A program made the translations under genes and the position numbers. Below are positions 1 through 12,000 of a stretch of DNA of 33,305 bases, piece after piece. The DNA is from Reclinomonas americana ATCC 50394. Its lineage: Eukaryota. The stretch's first letter is position 1. Every line of letters begins with the position of its first letter. The stretch lies in assembly GCA_048213135.1 (NCBI GenBank), contig PS015129.1, positions 44,696 to 78,000 on the forward strand. The letters are read 5' to 3'. The notes under the pieces are model-generated. The model worked only from the letters and a program-made list of their open reading frames with translations. It did not search any database and was not told the DNA's origin.

Positions 1-45
1 GCGACGACGGAGGTGGTCGGAGGCGAGTAGTAGACGACGAGCGAG
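1..45 (-). CDS. Possible exon of a minus-strand gene running off the left edge
   Basis: GC-rich stretch reading SLVVYYSPPTTSVV on the minus strand, preceded by pyrimidine-rich intron-like sequence. No clear acceptor and no recognisable homology. Confidence 0.25.
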
Positions 46-60
46 GAGGAGGAGGAGAGA

Positions 61-495
61 GAGCAGGGGAGTGAGGGAGAGGATAGGTCTGTAAGTTTCT
101 GTATTGTGGTTTTTGTGATTTATTGGCGTGGGAGCAGTGTGCATTATTGTGGGGATTGTGCATGCGCTGTGACTCGATGAGTTGATTGATGAAGAGAGAG
201 AGAGAGGGAAGGACGAGGAGGAGGAGGAGGAGGAGGAAGGGGAGAGCAAGGAGAGTGAGGGAGAGGATGAAGTCTGTAAGTTTCTGTATTGTGGTTTTTG
301 TGACTTATTGGCGTGAGAGCGTGTGTATTGTTGTGGGGATTGTGCATGCGATGTGACTCGATGAGTTGATTGATGAAGAGAGAGTGTGTGTGTGTGTGGG
401 AGGGGAGGAGAAGGAGAGCAAGGAGAGTGAGAAAGATTCTTGAGCAGAAGTTTCTGTATGGTGTGTGTGTGAATTATTGGCGTGGGAGCAACTGC
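61..495. repeat. Degenerate tandem repeat, ~180-bp unit, about 2.5 copies
   Basis: Blocks 61-205 and 243-385 share gtctgtaagtttctgtattgtggtttttgtga...tgtgactcgatgagttgattgatgaagagag. A partial third copy lies at ~415-495. Confidence 0.9.
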
Positions 496-999
496 CGCGT
501 GGATGAGTGAGGGTGTTTCGTTGCTTGAGTGAGGGTGTTGAGAGGAAGAGAAAGGTGGCAGAGATCGTGCGTTGTTGAGAGTGCAGAGCGGGTTGAAGAC
601 TGAGTGTGTTCTGGCGTGAGAAATTGATATTTCGTGGTGGATGATCGTCGCAGACAGGGGTTGCGTGAGGAATATAATGTGACAGAGCGAGCGGAAGAAA
701 GTCGACTTGCGCAGAAGATTTTTTGGCCTGTTGTTGTGTCTGGCGCGGAAGTAACTGCCGCGCTTCGTTCGTCAGCGAGGAGAGGCTGAGAGCGCAAGCG
801 AGAATGCACTCTCACTCAGAGATATCGACTCGTTTCCTATGGGTTTTCTCTCCAGTATCTCCCTTCGCCTTCCCCCTTTTTCTTCCCCCTTCTTCTTCCC
901 TCTTTGCTTTCCCTCTTTTCCTTCCCCCCCCCTGTTTCTTCCCCCTTATCCTTCACCCTTTTCCTTCACCATTTTCCTTCCCCTTGTTCCCTCCCCCTT

Positions 1000-1140
1000 C
1001 TCCTTCACCCTGTTCCTTCCCCGTTTTCCTTCCCCCTGTTCCTTTCCCTTCCTCGTCCCCCCTGTTCCTTCCCCCTGTTCCTTCCCCCTGTTCCTTCCCC
1101 CTGTTCCTTCCCCATGTTCCTTCCCCCTTCTCCTTCCCCC
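1000..1140 (+). repeat. Intronic minisatellite (ttccttccccctg)n
   Basis: Directly visible 13-bp unit with variants. Confidence 0.85.
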
Positions 1141-1178
1141 TTTTCACTCTTCTCACCCTCCCTTCCCCCACTTCGCAG

Positions 1179-1924
1179 TCGGCCGCCTGCTGCGGAAGCT
1201 ACCTCTTCCGCATCGCCTGCTTCTTTCCGTGCCTACCATGCCTCTGCACGGACGCTGCAAGGTACGACCATCCCGTCACTCAATTTTTTATCATCTCGCT
1301 TACCCTTGTTTCTCCCCGCAGTTTCGCCATTTCCCTTGCCCTTCCCCCACCCATCCCTTGTCCTTTAATCCTCACCCCTTCCACCCCTCGCAGCCATCCG
1401 CTTCAAGCAACGACAAGAGCGTCGGCGATTGGAGTGGAGGGAAAAGATGCACTACCGTGGTGCCTCGTATCGCAGCATGTCGAGCACACCGCGATCCGAA
1501 TCTCCCAACAGCTCACCAACCTCCAGTGCACACTCGGTCATGAAGCGATGTTTCGTGCCTCCCCCCCGGTTTCTTCACAATATAATCCACCCTGCTAACT
1601 TGTCCCCTCCTAGCCTCGAGCAACCTAATGGGCTCCATGCGACCGCAATCGGCGTCGCCTTCGACTCACAAACCGCCATCGCCACCACGCCGGTCCGGAT
1701 CGCCCGCGGCCAGTGCTCGCGATCGCCCCCCATCGCCACCAATCCAACTGATGACTCCGCCCACCCCACCGACCCCGGTGATGGTCTCCACCGCCGTGAC
1801 ACCGACCACCAACAATCACGGCTGGTTGATTGAGGGCCGTCCGGCTTATGCGTCAATATATGGGCCCGCCAGTCGACGCTCGTCGGTCTCGTCCATCAGC
1901 AGCGAGGCTCCGCCCACGGTATGA
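1179..1924 (+). CDS. 3' exons of a hypothetical Ser/Pro-rich protein (exons ~1179-1261, 1394-1549, 1614-1924; 5' end unresolved)
   Basis: Phase-compatible GT-AG joins give ...ARTLQA-IRFKQRQERRRLEWREKMHY...VMKRS-SSNLMGSMRPQSASP...EAPPTV*. Flanking introns are pyrimidine-rich on +. Confidence 0.55.
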
Positions 1925-2146
1925 TGGAGGCGATGATTGTGTTTCTTTTCGCGCTGCGCACTCACTCTCTCTTCCTGTTCCGTGCGGCAGCCGGTATTAC
2001 TGCGTGGCAATTTTGCGACTCCGGTCGACAGGTAATCTCCCGCCGGTAATTGAGGGGAGAGAAAAGAAGAATAGGAGACACGGCGTGCTCTGAACAATTT
2101 TGGTGCATTACACAATTAATGAAACAACAACAACAACAACAATTCG

Positions 2147-5100
2147 CTACCGATGCTGCGCCGCCTTGTCGTCGGCTAATATGTGACCCATGGCGAGTCC
2201 AAGGGCACCCAGCACTGCCATGGGGGCATCAACTTCGCGATCCAGTTCCGCCTTTTCGGCGCTCACCATCCACCGGCGATAACTGTGCGCGATAAGGTTG
2301 AGAGATGTGGTTGCAGGGAGAGCAGCACTGACGCGTGAAACCTGTCGCTGGTCATGAGGCGCACCACGGCGCGACTGGCTCTGTGCAGAAAGAAGGCGTC
2401 AGCACACAGGCGGTCGGCGAGAGCGCCACTCTCCAGTCGCAACTCGGCAAATGTGTCCTGGCCCACATGCCCAGACTCGACTGCGTCCAGCACGTTCTGC
2501 CGGATCTGCCCGGGAATGTCTGTGCACAACAAATGGTCAGCAAGGCGGGAGCTTCCACGAAAAGGTGGTGGAGAGAGAGCGCACTAATTTCAAGCGGTGA
2601 ATCGTGGTTAAAGTACTGCACGCAAGGCGATGTGAGAATCAGGAAATCGGCGACGAGAGTACATGGCATACCTTGTCACACATGACGCGCGCCTCCTGGA
2701 GCTGCTGCTCAGGCGGTAATGCTGATCGACACAACGAGAAACTGAGTCGCCTGCTCGCCGACAGTAAATAAACTGCTCCAGACCTTCATATTTGCGCTCG
2801 TCTTGCACAAAGTACAGGTTCTCCACGGAGAACTCGCGCTGCAGGAAGCGCTCAAAGTACTTCAGTGCCACCGGCGACTCGAGAATCGTGTCCATGGTGT
2901 TCAGCAGCTTGTCATTCAGCGAACTGCGTGACTAGAGTATGAGCCTGGAAAAGAGAACATACATAAAAAAAGGATTAGGGGGTCGCAACTGGCGACTGTG
3001 CTCGGCAATGAGGGCCGTCCACGTATGCTGGTCGCGCGCCAGAGCCAGGTATAATGGCCACCTGGAGGGAGAGAGTGAAGATGAGGATGAAAGGGTTGTT
3101 GTGCGAGAGACTGAAAATCTTACGCACACGCCGCAGATGAGCAGGCAGAAAAAGTTGGTCAGCAGCGTGCCAATGTACATGGCAAGCGTGATGTACTTTC
3201 TGCTTGGCACACACAAAGTCAAACGTGGCTTGTTATGACGGCGAAGGCGAGGGAAGGGATGACGCAACAGAAACTGTGCACAAAAAATGATACAACGAGT
3301 CAGCAACAGTTGATGGAAGTACTCGCCTCTTTCACCGACCATACTTGCTTGCAATATGCAACTATTGTTTGTGCGAGACGCTATTCTCGCTCAGAATTAT
3401 GCTCACACATCATATATTTGTCGTCCTTGCTCTCTCCTCGTTGGCGCTTTCGCAACACTGCATCTTCCGAACATTCACTCTCGCAACCAAAAACACACTT
3501 CCTACTCGCTCCCTTCTCTCTCCCTCCCTCTCCTCTTTCTCTTTCAACAACTCGGCTGGTATTGCTCCTCAACTCAGCAATGCTCAGCAAAACGACACTT
3601 CCCCTTCTGACTCCCTCATTGCTCTCTCTGACTCCCTCTGTTCCTATTTCACTCTCACTTGCAATTCCAGGGTTGTGTTGCTCCTGAACTCAAAAATGGT
3701 TCTCAAACAGGACTCCTCTCCCGCTTGATATCTTCTCCTCATCCCTCTGCTCTTTCTCTACAATCACTCTGCTTCGCTTTCTGTCTTCTCAGTCTCTCCT
3801 CCCGCTCGGATGTTACCTCTCCCGAATTCCGCAGTGCTTCTCAAACAAAGGAATACCTTTCCGTCTCTCAATATCCCTCAGCTCTCTCTTCTTTCTCCAT
3901 AATCACTCTGTTTCTGTCCATTTCCGCTCGTTACTCTCTATCTCTCCTCCCGTTTGGTTGCTACCGCTCTCGAATTCTTCACTGCTCCTCAAACCTCCAG
4001 GCGCCACCGACGCGCGCGCAGACATGACCGCATGGGTGCGTCAGGTTTCTCATTTTTCTTGTCTGTCTCTCTCTCTCTCTCTTTCCTCTCTCTCTCCCTC
4101 TTCCTCTCTCTCTCCCTTCGCTCACTCTGTCAGTCTATCTCACTCGCAGTCTCCCTCTTCCGTATCACTTAACTCCCCCTTCCCCTTCCCCTTCCCTCTC
4201 CCCCTTCTCCCTTTCCCCTTCTCCCCCTTCCCCTTCCTCCGCACCGTTGAGAGCACATACTCGAGTGTCAGACCGCACACGCCAACAAAGGCGAGCGCCA
4301 GCATCTCGTACGCCTGGCCAAACACATCGTTGACGCGCCACAACTTGATCGCCACCCACACGCAGAAAATGACAAAGATGGCACTGGCCGTCGCCGACAC
4401 CGTGTCGTCGACGAGCGAATACTGGAGCGCAAGGTGGTGAGGCATACTGAGTGCATAGGCATCGAAGGTAAAGAGAGGCGCACCGTGGTGAACTCGTACT
4501 GATCGCCGTCCAGCAATCCCGCTGCGAAGGCTCAATGAAGTGAGTGACTCCTCACCACACACGCTTTCGTGATGTCGACAACGCAACCCAAGTTGGCCAG
4601 CAAGTACGCCACACATGTGCACGTGAAGAGGATAAAAAGTCGCCAGAAGCGCAGCCATGGTCTCAGCTGACGATATCGGGTGAGGTGAGGGTCGGACGAC
4701 TCCTTCCTATTCTCGAAGCAAACAACTGACCTTCGCCACATTCGCCACGCTGTCTGTCTTGGTCGACTTGAGCTCGTTGATGCGAACCATGACTTGGAAG
4801 CGCACAGCCCGCACCTGTGCATTTGGAGGGAGCGTGAGTGGGGGAGAGGTGGAAGGGAGAGGGAGAGGGAGAAAGGATGGAAAGTGGCAGAAGAGAGAGT
4901 CGGCACGGAGCGACAATCACTTGCGAGAACAAGACAGGGAGGAAGAAAGAGCGAGGAACAGGAGATTGAGACCACGAGCGAGACGGAGGGGAGGAGTGAA
5001 AAGAACGCAACAAGCTGTACAGGAGAGCAAACGACAACAATGAAATGGGTCAGGGAGAACAGAACAGCAGGCCTGCATCTATCAACGAGAAAGGGAGACA

Positions 5101-5547
5101 GGGAGAAGACAGAGTGAGGAACAAGAGATTGAGACCACAAGCGAGACATCAAACACTGGAGGGGAAAGAGCACAACAAGCTATGTCAACAAGCTGTACAG
5201 GAGAGCAATAGACAACAATGAGAAGGGACAAGCACAGGGAGAACACAGAACAGCAGGGCCTGCATCTATCCACGAGCAGGGGAGACAGGCAGAAGACAGA
5301 CTGAGGAAGACAATGAAGCCCCCCCTCCATCCCTCCCCTCCCCTCCCCTCCCTCCCTCCCTCCCCCTTCCCTTCCCTCCCCTCTCATCCCTCCCTCTCCC
5401 GCCTCATGACAAACCACCACAATCCCATAGAAAACACTCTGGAACGCATCGCCAAGGTAATCCAGACGACTATCAGCCACGCGCGCCAACACCGCCTTTT
5501 CACGCGGAATAAATAGCAAGTCAGACAACAATGCAACACCATCATGA

Positions 5548-5592
<45 letters not shown>

Positions 5593-5990
5593 AGAGAGAG
5601 GAGGAGAGAGAGGAAGAGAGAACGAAACGAAGACGAACGAACGTACGTACGTACTACTACTCGTACTACTACTAAGTACTCTCTCTTCTCTCTCTCTCTC
5701 TCTCTCTCTTTCCTCCTCTCTCCTCTCTCTCTCTCTCTCTCACCTGAATCAGCGTATACCCCGCCACAGACATGTACGCGACAATCAACAACAGTGGCCT
5801 CCTCACCCAAATATGCCTGCATGCACACAAACAAGTCAAACACACACACTCTCACTCTCTCTCCTCACACAACAAAACGCAACGAGCGATGTCTCAACAC
5901 CACCAGCGCCACCGCCACCAACACACCCACACACACAAGCGCCACTTGCATGTAAAACACAATCGTTGGGCATCTATAGTCATACAACAT
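2147..5990 (-). CDS. 7TM-RGS protein (multi-pass membrane N-terminus fused to a Regulator of G-protein Signaling domain), ~14 exons
   Basis: Spliced RGS box: MDTILESPVALKYFERFLQREFSVENLYFVQ...ARVMCDKYFNHDSPLEINIPGQIRQNV...TFAEASRAVVRLMTSDSYRRW. Upstream hydrophobic exons: VFYMQVALVCVGVLVAVALVVL, HIWVRRPLLLIVAY, VRAVRF, LWRVNDVFG, ICGVWPLYLAL. TM exon boundaries are less certain than the RGS ones. Confidence 0.85.
4953..5310. repeat. Intronic tandem duplication, two ~165-195 bp copies
   Basis: gaggaaca.gagattgagaccac.agcgagac...caacaagctgtacaggagagcaa...ggcctgcatctatc.acgag occurs at 4953-5114 and 5115-5310. Confidence 0.9.
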
Positions 5991-6024
5991 CTTCTCTCTC
6001 TCTCCTCTTGTCGCCAAGCACTCT

Positions 6025-9000
6025 TCACAAGTGTTTATTGATGGCGTCGTCGTCGTCGTCGATATCGACGTTGCCTTTGCGGCCAGCACCGTTGCCAATG
6101 GAGCCACTGGTCAGTGCCGCGAGCATCCCGCCCGCGGCCACCGACACCCCGCCGCCGCTCAGCATGCGCGTGTAGACCAGGTAGAGCACGATCAGCACCC
6201 ACCCCGTGATGCCGAGGAAGATCCACAGGTCGGTGCCGGTGGTGGTCGTCGCTGCTGCTGCTGCTGCGAGGCTGGTGGCCGAGGTGCGAGGGAGAGGTGG
6301 AGGGCGGCGACGACGTGCGGATTGGCGTTGTTGGCGGCGACGAGGGCGAGCAGGAGGAGGAGGAGCGCTGCTGTTGTCGTCGTCTTCGTCGTCTGTGCTG
6401 CGTTGGCGGCGGCGGATTGGCTTCTTCGGTGGTGGTTTCGTCGTTGAGCGGCGTGTTGGAGGTGGTGGTGGCGGTTTTCGTGTTTGGTGTCGGCCGGGTG
6501 CGGGGCGACGAGCTGGCGGTGGTGGTGGTTCGTCGACCTCCTCCTCGTCGTCCTCAGCCAACAAGTCGTTGTCATCGTTGTCATCGTCAACGTCTTCGTC
6601 GTCTGTTGGCGTGTCGAGATCCAGCGGCGAGGTTGGTGGTGGTGGCGGCGGTGGCGGCGTCGGTTTCTTCGGCACCTTGTTACGTGTTGGTGGCGGTGGT
6701 CTTGGTCGCTCTCCGTCCCCCTTGTTGTCCACCACTGGCTCCTCCTTGTCCTCCACTTTCTTCACTGGAGGCGGTGGAGGCGGAGGCGGAGGAGGTGGTG
6801 GTGGCGGTGGCGGCGGCGGTGCAGGCTTGGTGGTTGCTGCAGGCTTCGGCTTGGTCGCCGTTGTTAGTTTTGGCTTTGTTGGCGGCTTTTGACGCGTCTT
6901 ACTGGCTCCACTCACAGCCGCCTACTCCACGCATGAGTCACTCACTCGACACGGCATGTGTATGCAGACAACACTCACCGTCGGCGTCACCTGCGGCAAC
7001 TCGGCCACCAGCCCTGACGGATGCTCGAACTGCACCACCAGCGTGCGAATGTCGGCCGGCTCAATGGTCAGCTCATAGTCATTCGCGTCGTCGGTGGCGA
7101 GCAAGTGGCGCCGGGGACCCTTGCGCGCATTCTCCAGCGCCGATGCCGAAATGAATACGCCCTCCTCGTCTGCAAATGAGAAGAACCCACTCAGTTATTC
7201 GTGGTGCGACTTGCCAGCGATAGAGAAGTAACGCACCGGCATTTTGACTCTCGGCCGGGAATAGGCGACCCGAGGCGGTGATGGACGAGAATGTGACCTT
7301 TTCGTTGCTGGCCTCGAACAGCTGATCCGACGGCACCCATTCTTCGTCATCTACACACAGATTGAGTGACGAAGAACGAGTGCTTCTTGCACAGAGAGCG
7401 ACAAACCAAACGCCAAATTCAACGACGTGGACACCACCGACGTGATGGCCAATTGCGTGGGGAAGGCATCGCTCAATGCGCGAGTCTGTGATGCAATCAA
7501 ATCGTTGAGAAGCTTGACGAACGACGACGTGAGATGGACAAGCGCAACTGTTGGTTTCGCCAACATGTTTTGCATGCGAAGAACGATCTCGCGAGAGAGA
7601 CCGTCGCGCAACGAGAAACTGACCAGCAACGTGTCGTCGGGAATGCGCCCTGCATCTCCCACCACTTCTTGTGAGAAGAACGGAACCAGCGCACGACGGA
7701 CATTCCACTCACGTTTCAGTGCGGAAAAGGCAACACGGGCAGTGGCCTTGCTGTCGTCGTGCGTCGCATCACTTAGTGGAGCGACAAACTTGGCCAGCGG
7801 GAAATTCATGCGCCACCACGATTGCCGGTAGGCCACCGGCCACTGCAACAGCAGCAACAACAGCGCATAAGGGGCAGGGTGCTTGACAGACACAACTCTT
7901 GCCAGTCACAAACCTGCAACGAGCTCTGCTCATCAATGCTGTCTGGCGGCACAAAGCCAATCAGCAGACTCAGCGATGCCGGTCGACCGTCGTTGTTTCC
8001 CTCGCCCATGCCTGCAAAGCGACAACAAAGGTCGGCACGAGCTCGCCACAGAACATGCACTCGATAAGCAAATGCACCTCGGCCATCATCTGACGAGAGC
8101 CTGCGATGCAGCATGAGCTCTAGGCAATCGGCGCCGCACGTGGCGAAGCCAGCGGCTCGCGAGGTCAGCATCTAATCGCCGGGTGGTGAGGCACGAATAA
8201 GCGTTGCACCGGCAAAGTGTAAGAAGCAGCGCACCGTCATGTGCACCGAGTTGGTGCGCAGCATCACGCCCATGACCGCGGGACTGTAGGCCGCAGCCGC
8301 CGTGTTGCTCGAGGTCGAGTCTCGACGTCTCTCGCGCACTCCCATGCCGTCCAGCAGCCACATGACATTCTGGTGCTTGACGTCGGTGTGGAACCTGAAC
8401 AGCGGCAGCAGCGGGTGAGTGTCCTGGTGAAACAGAAACAGGGCACGGTCGAGTGACTGACCTGGCGATGATCTCTTCGTCGGCCCCGATTGGTTCCATG
8501 TCGATTGACACTTGGATGCCGTGAGTCATCTCCCGGTCCAGCGGCACCTGCTTACCGTTGCCACCTGCAGCAAGTATACAGTGAGATGAGGAGGAAGCGA
8601 CGAGTGGCACAGGTCCCGCAATTGACGCACGTGTTTCTTGCGCGTCTTTGAAGAGGCGCACCGTCATGGTCAATTTGCGCGACACCAACTGTGCCGGAGT
8701 CAGAAATTCCATCATTCGCTTCGATCCTTGTTTCTCTCACACACACACCTTCATCTCCTCCACCAGCGGACCGACCGTCTTCACCAGTGCAAAGCCAGAG
8801 CGGAAGGCCTTGCCGGGTTCGGATTCGGGTCGGAAAATGTACGCGCCACTCCGTCGCGTGCGGTAGGTGAGAAACTGTGGCGGAAGCAGGTAAGCCAGTC
8901 ATGGAGAAAGGAGTGGAAACAAAGAGGTGCGCGACCGAACCTCTTGCTCAAACTTGTAGCGCGTGCCACTCGGCTTGTGTACGACGGCAGCAATAAAATC

Positions 9001-12000
9001 ACCGTGCGCATCGGCGTGTCGGTGAAACAGCACTGTGACCATGAGGTGAGTTTCGTTCGTCATTCGTTTCATGCACGGACGACCTCACCTTGATATACAT
9101 CGTTCTCGATCGACAAGTCGGCTTCGGAGGCCGTGGACAGTGCACTGTACCTGACAGAGCCAGTGGCGGCACCGCGCCCACCTCCTCGCAGACCACCTGA
9201 GACGACACAATAAGGTGGTGAGAAGCATGACAGAAGAATCCATCCACTGCATCAACACGTGCCTTGGCCAGTGTGAAACACAGTCGACGTGCTGGCTGAC
9301 GACAGATCCTCTCCCGACGTGCAGCCAGCGGGACTCGTCCGCTTTGCACTCGCACCGGCACACAAAAAGTATGTGGAGATGCCGACGGCCGGCGTGCTGG
9401 TGGCCGAGGTGACCACTCGACGAACCGGTGTATCTGCGCGCGGCAAGGATGAGCCATAGCTGCGACACTGCTGCCCCTTCGCAGAACGCACCCGTCACTT
9501 GGACGCCCTCGTCAGACCACTCGATCATCGGCAGCTCCTGCGTTCGCAGACTCGTGCCCTTGTTGTCCAACACGCGCATGCAGCCGGTGCCTTCCTTGCC
9601 TCCCGAGCGGGAGGATGCGGTGCAATCGATCCATAGAGGCGCGTTAGAGTGAGCACCAAGCGGGTTCACGGCTACCACTCTGACATGCTCCATCTTGCTG
9701 TTCACGGCCAGCGTCGGGGCGGCCGCCAAGTTGTCCACCTCCTCCTGGTGCTTATCCGAGAGCAGTTCGAGGGGTGCGCCGGCAACGAGCACATCCTGCA
9801 CGCCGAATAATTCAGATAGACGCGAAATTGAAAAAGGATACATAAACAGATGCAACCTTTGGCAGCAAAAGTGTGCGCAAGAGGCGCACAGACGTGTCGC
9901 GCGCCAGCGACGAGGCATTGTCTAACATGGTAAAATAGTCGTGCATAACCGGTCCCCTCGATGTACCTGTGATGCTGTCGTGGTGTTGCGTGGTGGCAAG
10001 AAGCTGCACGACACGGGTGAGTGATGAGGAAGCACGTGCTGTCAAGGAAGTGGACAAACCCATCGCGCCGATTGCACCGACGAGAATGAATCGGCCAAAC
10101 CTCGCTCGCCCTCCACCACATCGTAGCCAGTGGCCACCGTCACCGCCAGCACTGTGCGCGATGAAGAGAGGTGAGAATCCTCTTGATCAGATGTGCACTC
10201 TATAGCCCCCTCGCGCAACATGTTTCGGCCACGCGCAGTTGTGCTTGCGTCTCTCGAATGCGCGACTTGAAAAACGGGTGTGTCGTGTAGTACCCCTGCA
10301 CGAGCATGATGAGCAAATCGCGAAGATGTGCGAATCATGTTCTCGCTTTGCCGCACTGTCCAGTACGAGTCCTCATTGTCGGCATACGGCATGAATGTGC
10401 CGGTAAAGACGGGGAACTGCACGTCTGGCGTGCGCTGCAACGCCTCAAAGTAGTCCGACGGTGTGGCGTACTCAATGTGCACGTCGAACGAAGGATTGGC
10501 GTTGATGTGAGCTGTGAAGAGAGGTTGGCGACCGAATGAGGGAGCGAAGGAAGGGAGCATACGTACCAATGAGCTTGTCCATGTTGCGGTACTGCAGCTC
10601 GGCGTTCTTGAATTTGAAGTCGTCGCCGAACGGGATGAAAACATTGCGGGAGCGGTAGGAATTGGCCCGATTCTGTGTACAGAATGAGGTGGCGAAGGCA
10701 GGGAAGTAAGCATAGCCATGCATCACCACACCTTGATGTGATCCACCAACTCTTGCGCACGATACTGCATGTTGTGGTCTTGCACCTCGGGGCTGTGCTC
10801 CTCGAAATCGAATCCTCTGTACAGCGGCGGGATGAGTGCCTGCACACGCAAGTCCCCATGACCTCCGAGCGCATAACTTGGGTGACGCGTAATGTGTGTG
10901 CATCGTGTGCGTGAGAATGCCGGGCTTGCCAGAACCGTCGGGCTTCCAGATAAACTCGAGTGCCTTCGACTGCTTCATGGCGTCCTTGATGTGATGATGC
11001 ACGCGATTGATCACCAGCGCCTCCATGCCGCATCGCAGATGCAACGAGGCGCTCTCGGCACCGTGCCCGAACGGATCAATCTGCCATCCGATTCGCGGGC
11101 GCACGCCGAGTTTTGATCGCAGGTACTCGCTGCCCTCGGTGTACTGAACAACCACAGGGACGGAAAGGGAGAGATGAGAGGGAGAGGGATACAGGGAAAT
11201 GGAGAGGGGGAGGGAGGGAGGGGGGAGAGGGAGGGAGGAGAGGGAGAGGGATTGTGGGAGGTTGAGGGAGAGGGAGAGGAGAAGAGAGGGAGAGAGAGAG
11301 AGGAGGATAGGGAGGTAAGGCTCGTCGACCGAGGAGTAGAGTACGGAAGGAAACGGGACGGGAAAGGAAACGAGAGAGAGTAGAAGGAAGGGAAAGAGAG
11401 GAGGAGAGGAGAGAGAGAGAGAGANNNNNNNNNNNNNNNNNNNNNNNNNNNNNNNNNNNNNNNNNNNNNNNNNNNNNNNNNNNNNNNNNNNNNNNNNNNN
11501 NNNNNNNNNNNNNNNNNNNNNNNNNNNNNNNNNNNNNNNNNNNNNNNNNNNNNNNNNNNNNNNNNNNNNNNNNNNNNNNNNNNNNNNNNNNNNNNNNNNN
11601 NNNNNNNNNNNNNNNNNNNNNNNNNNNNNNNNNNNNNNNNNNNNNNNNNNNNNNGCGAGGTAAGGGCTCTGCCAGGATGATCGAGAAAGGCGGAAGGAAA
11701 CGAGAGAGATGAAGAGGGAAAGAGAGAGGGAGAGGGAGAGAGAGAGCAAGAGGAGAAGGGGGCATAGAGAGAGGGATAAACAACACCAGTGACAACAAGA
11801 GGAAGTGATCATGAGGAGAAAAAAGAACGAGCGAGGCAAGGGCTCAATTTCTTCTTCCCTCTCCCTGCCTAGATGATCGAGAAAGGCCGAAGATAACGAG
11901 AAAGAGGGAGAGGAGCAGAGACAGACTGAGAGAGAGGGACACAAGAAAGAGAGAGGGGGTGGGGACGCAGTGAGAGTGAAAAACAACAAGAGGAAAAGGT

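Noticed and set aside
9198-9262. Possible GC-AG intron (AAG|GCACGT) in the mannosidase
   Set aside because: Same-phase GT donors exist upstream (e.g. GCCG|GTGCGA) in a poorly conserved region, so it cannot be decided from sequence; GC-AG introns are also ordinary.
9796-9841. GTATCCTTT on the minus strand, resembling a U12-type donor, in phase with the next exon
   Set aside because: There is no TCCTTAAC-type branch point, and an upstream AAG|GTTGCA donor explains the junction. Junction reads would settle it.
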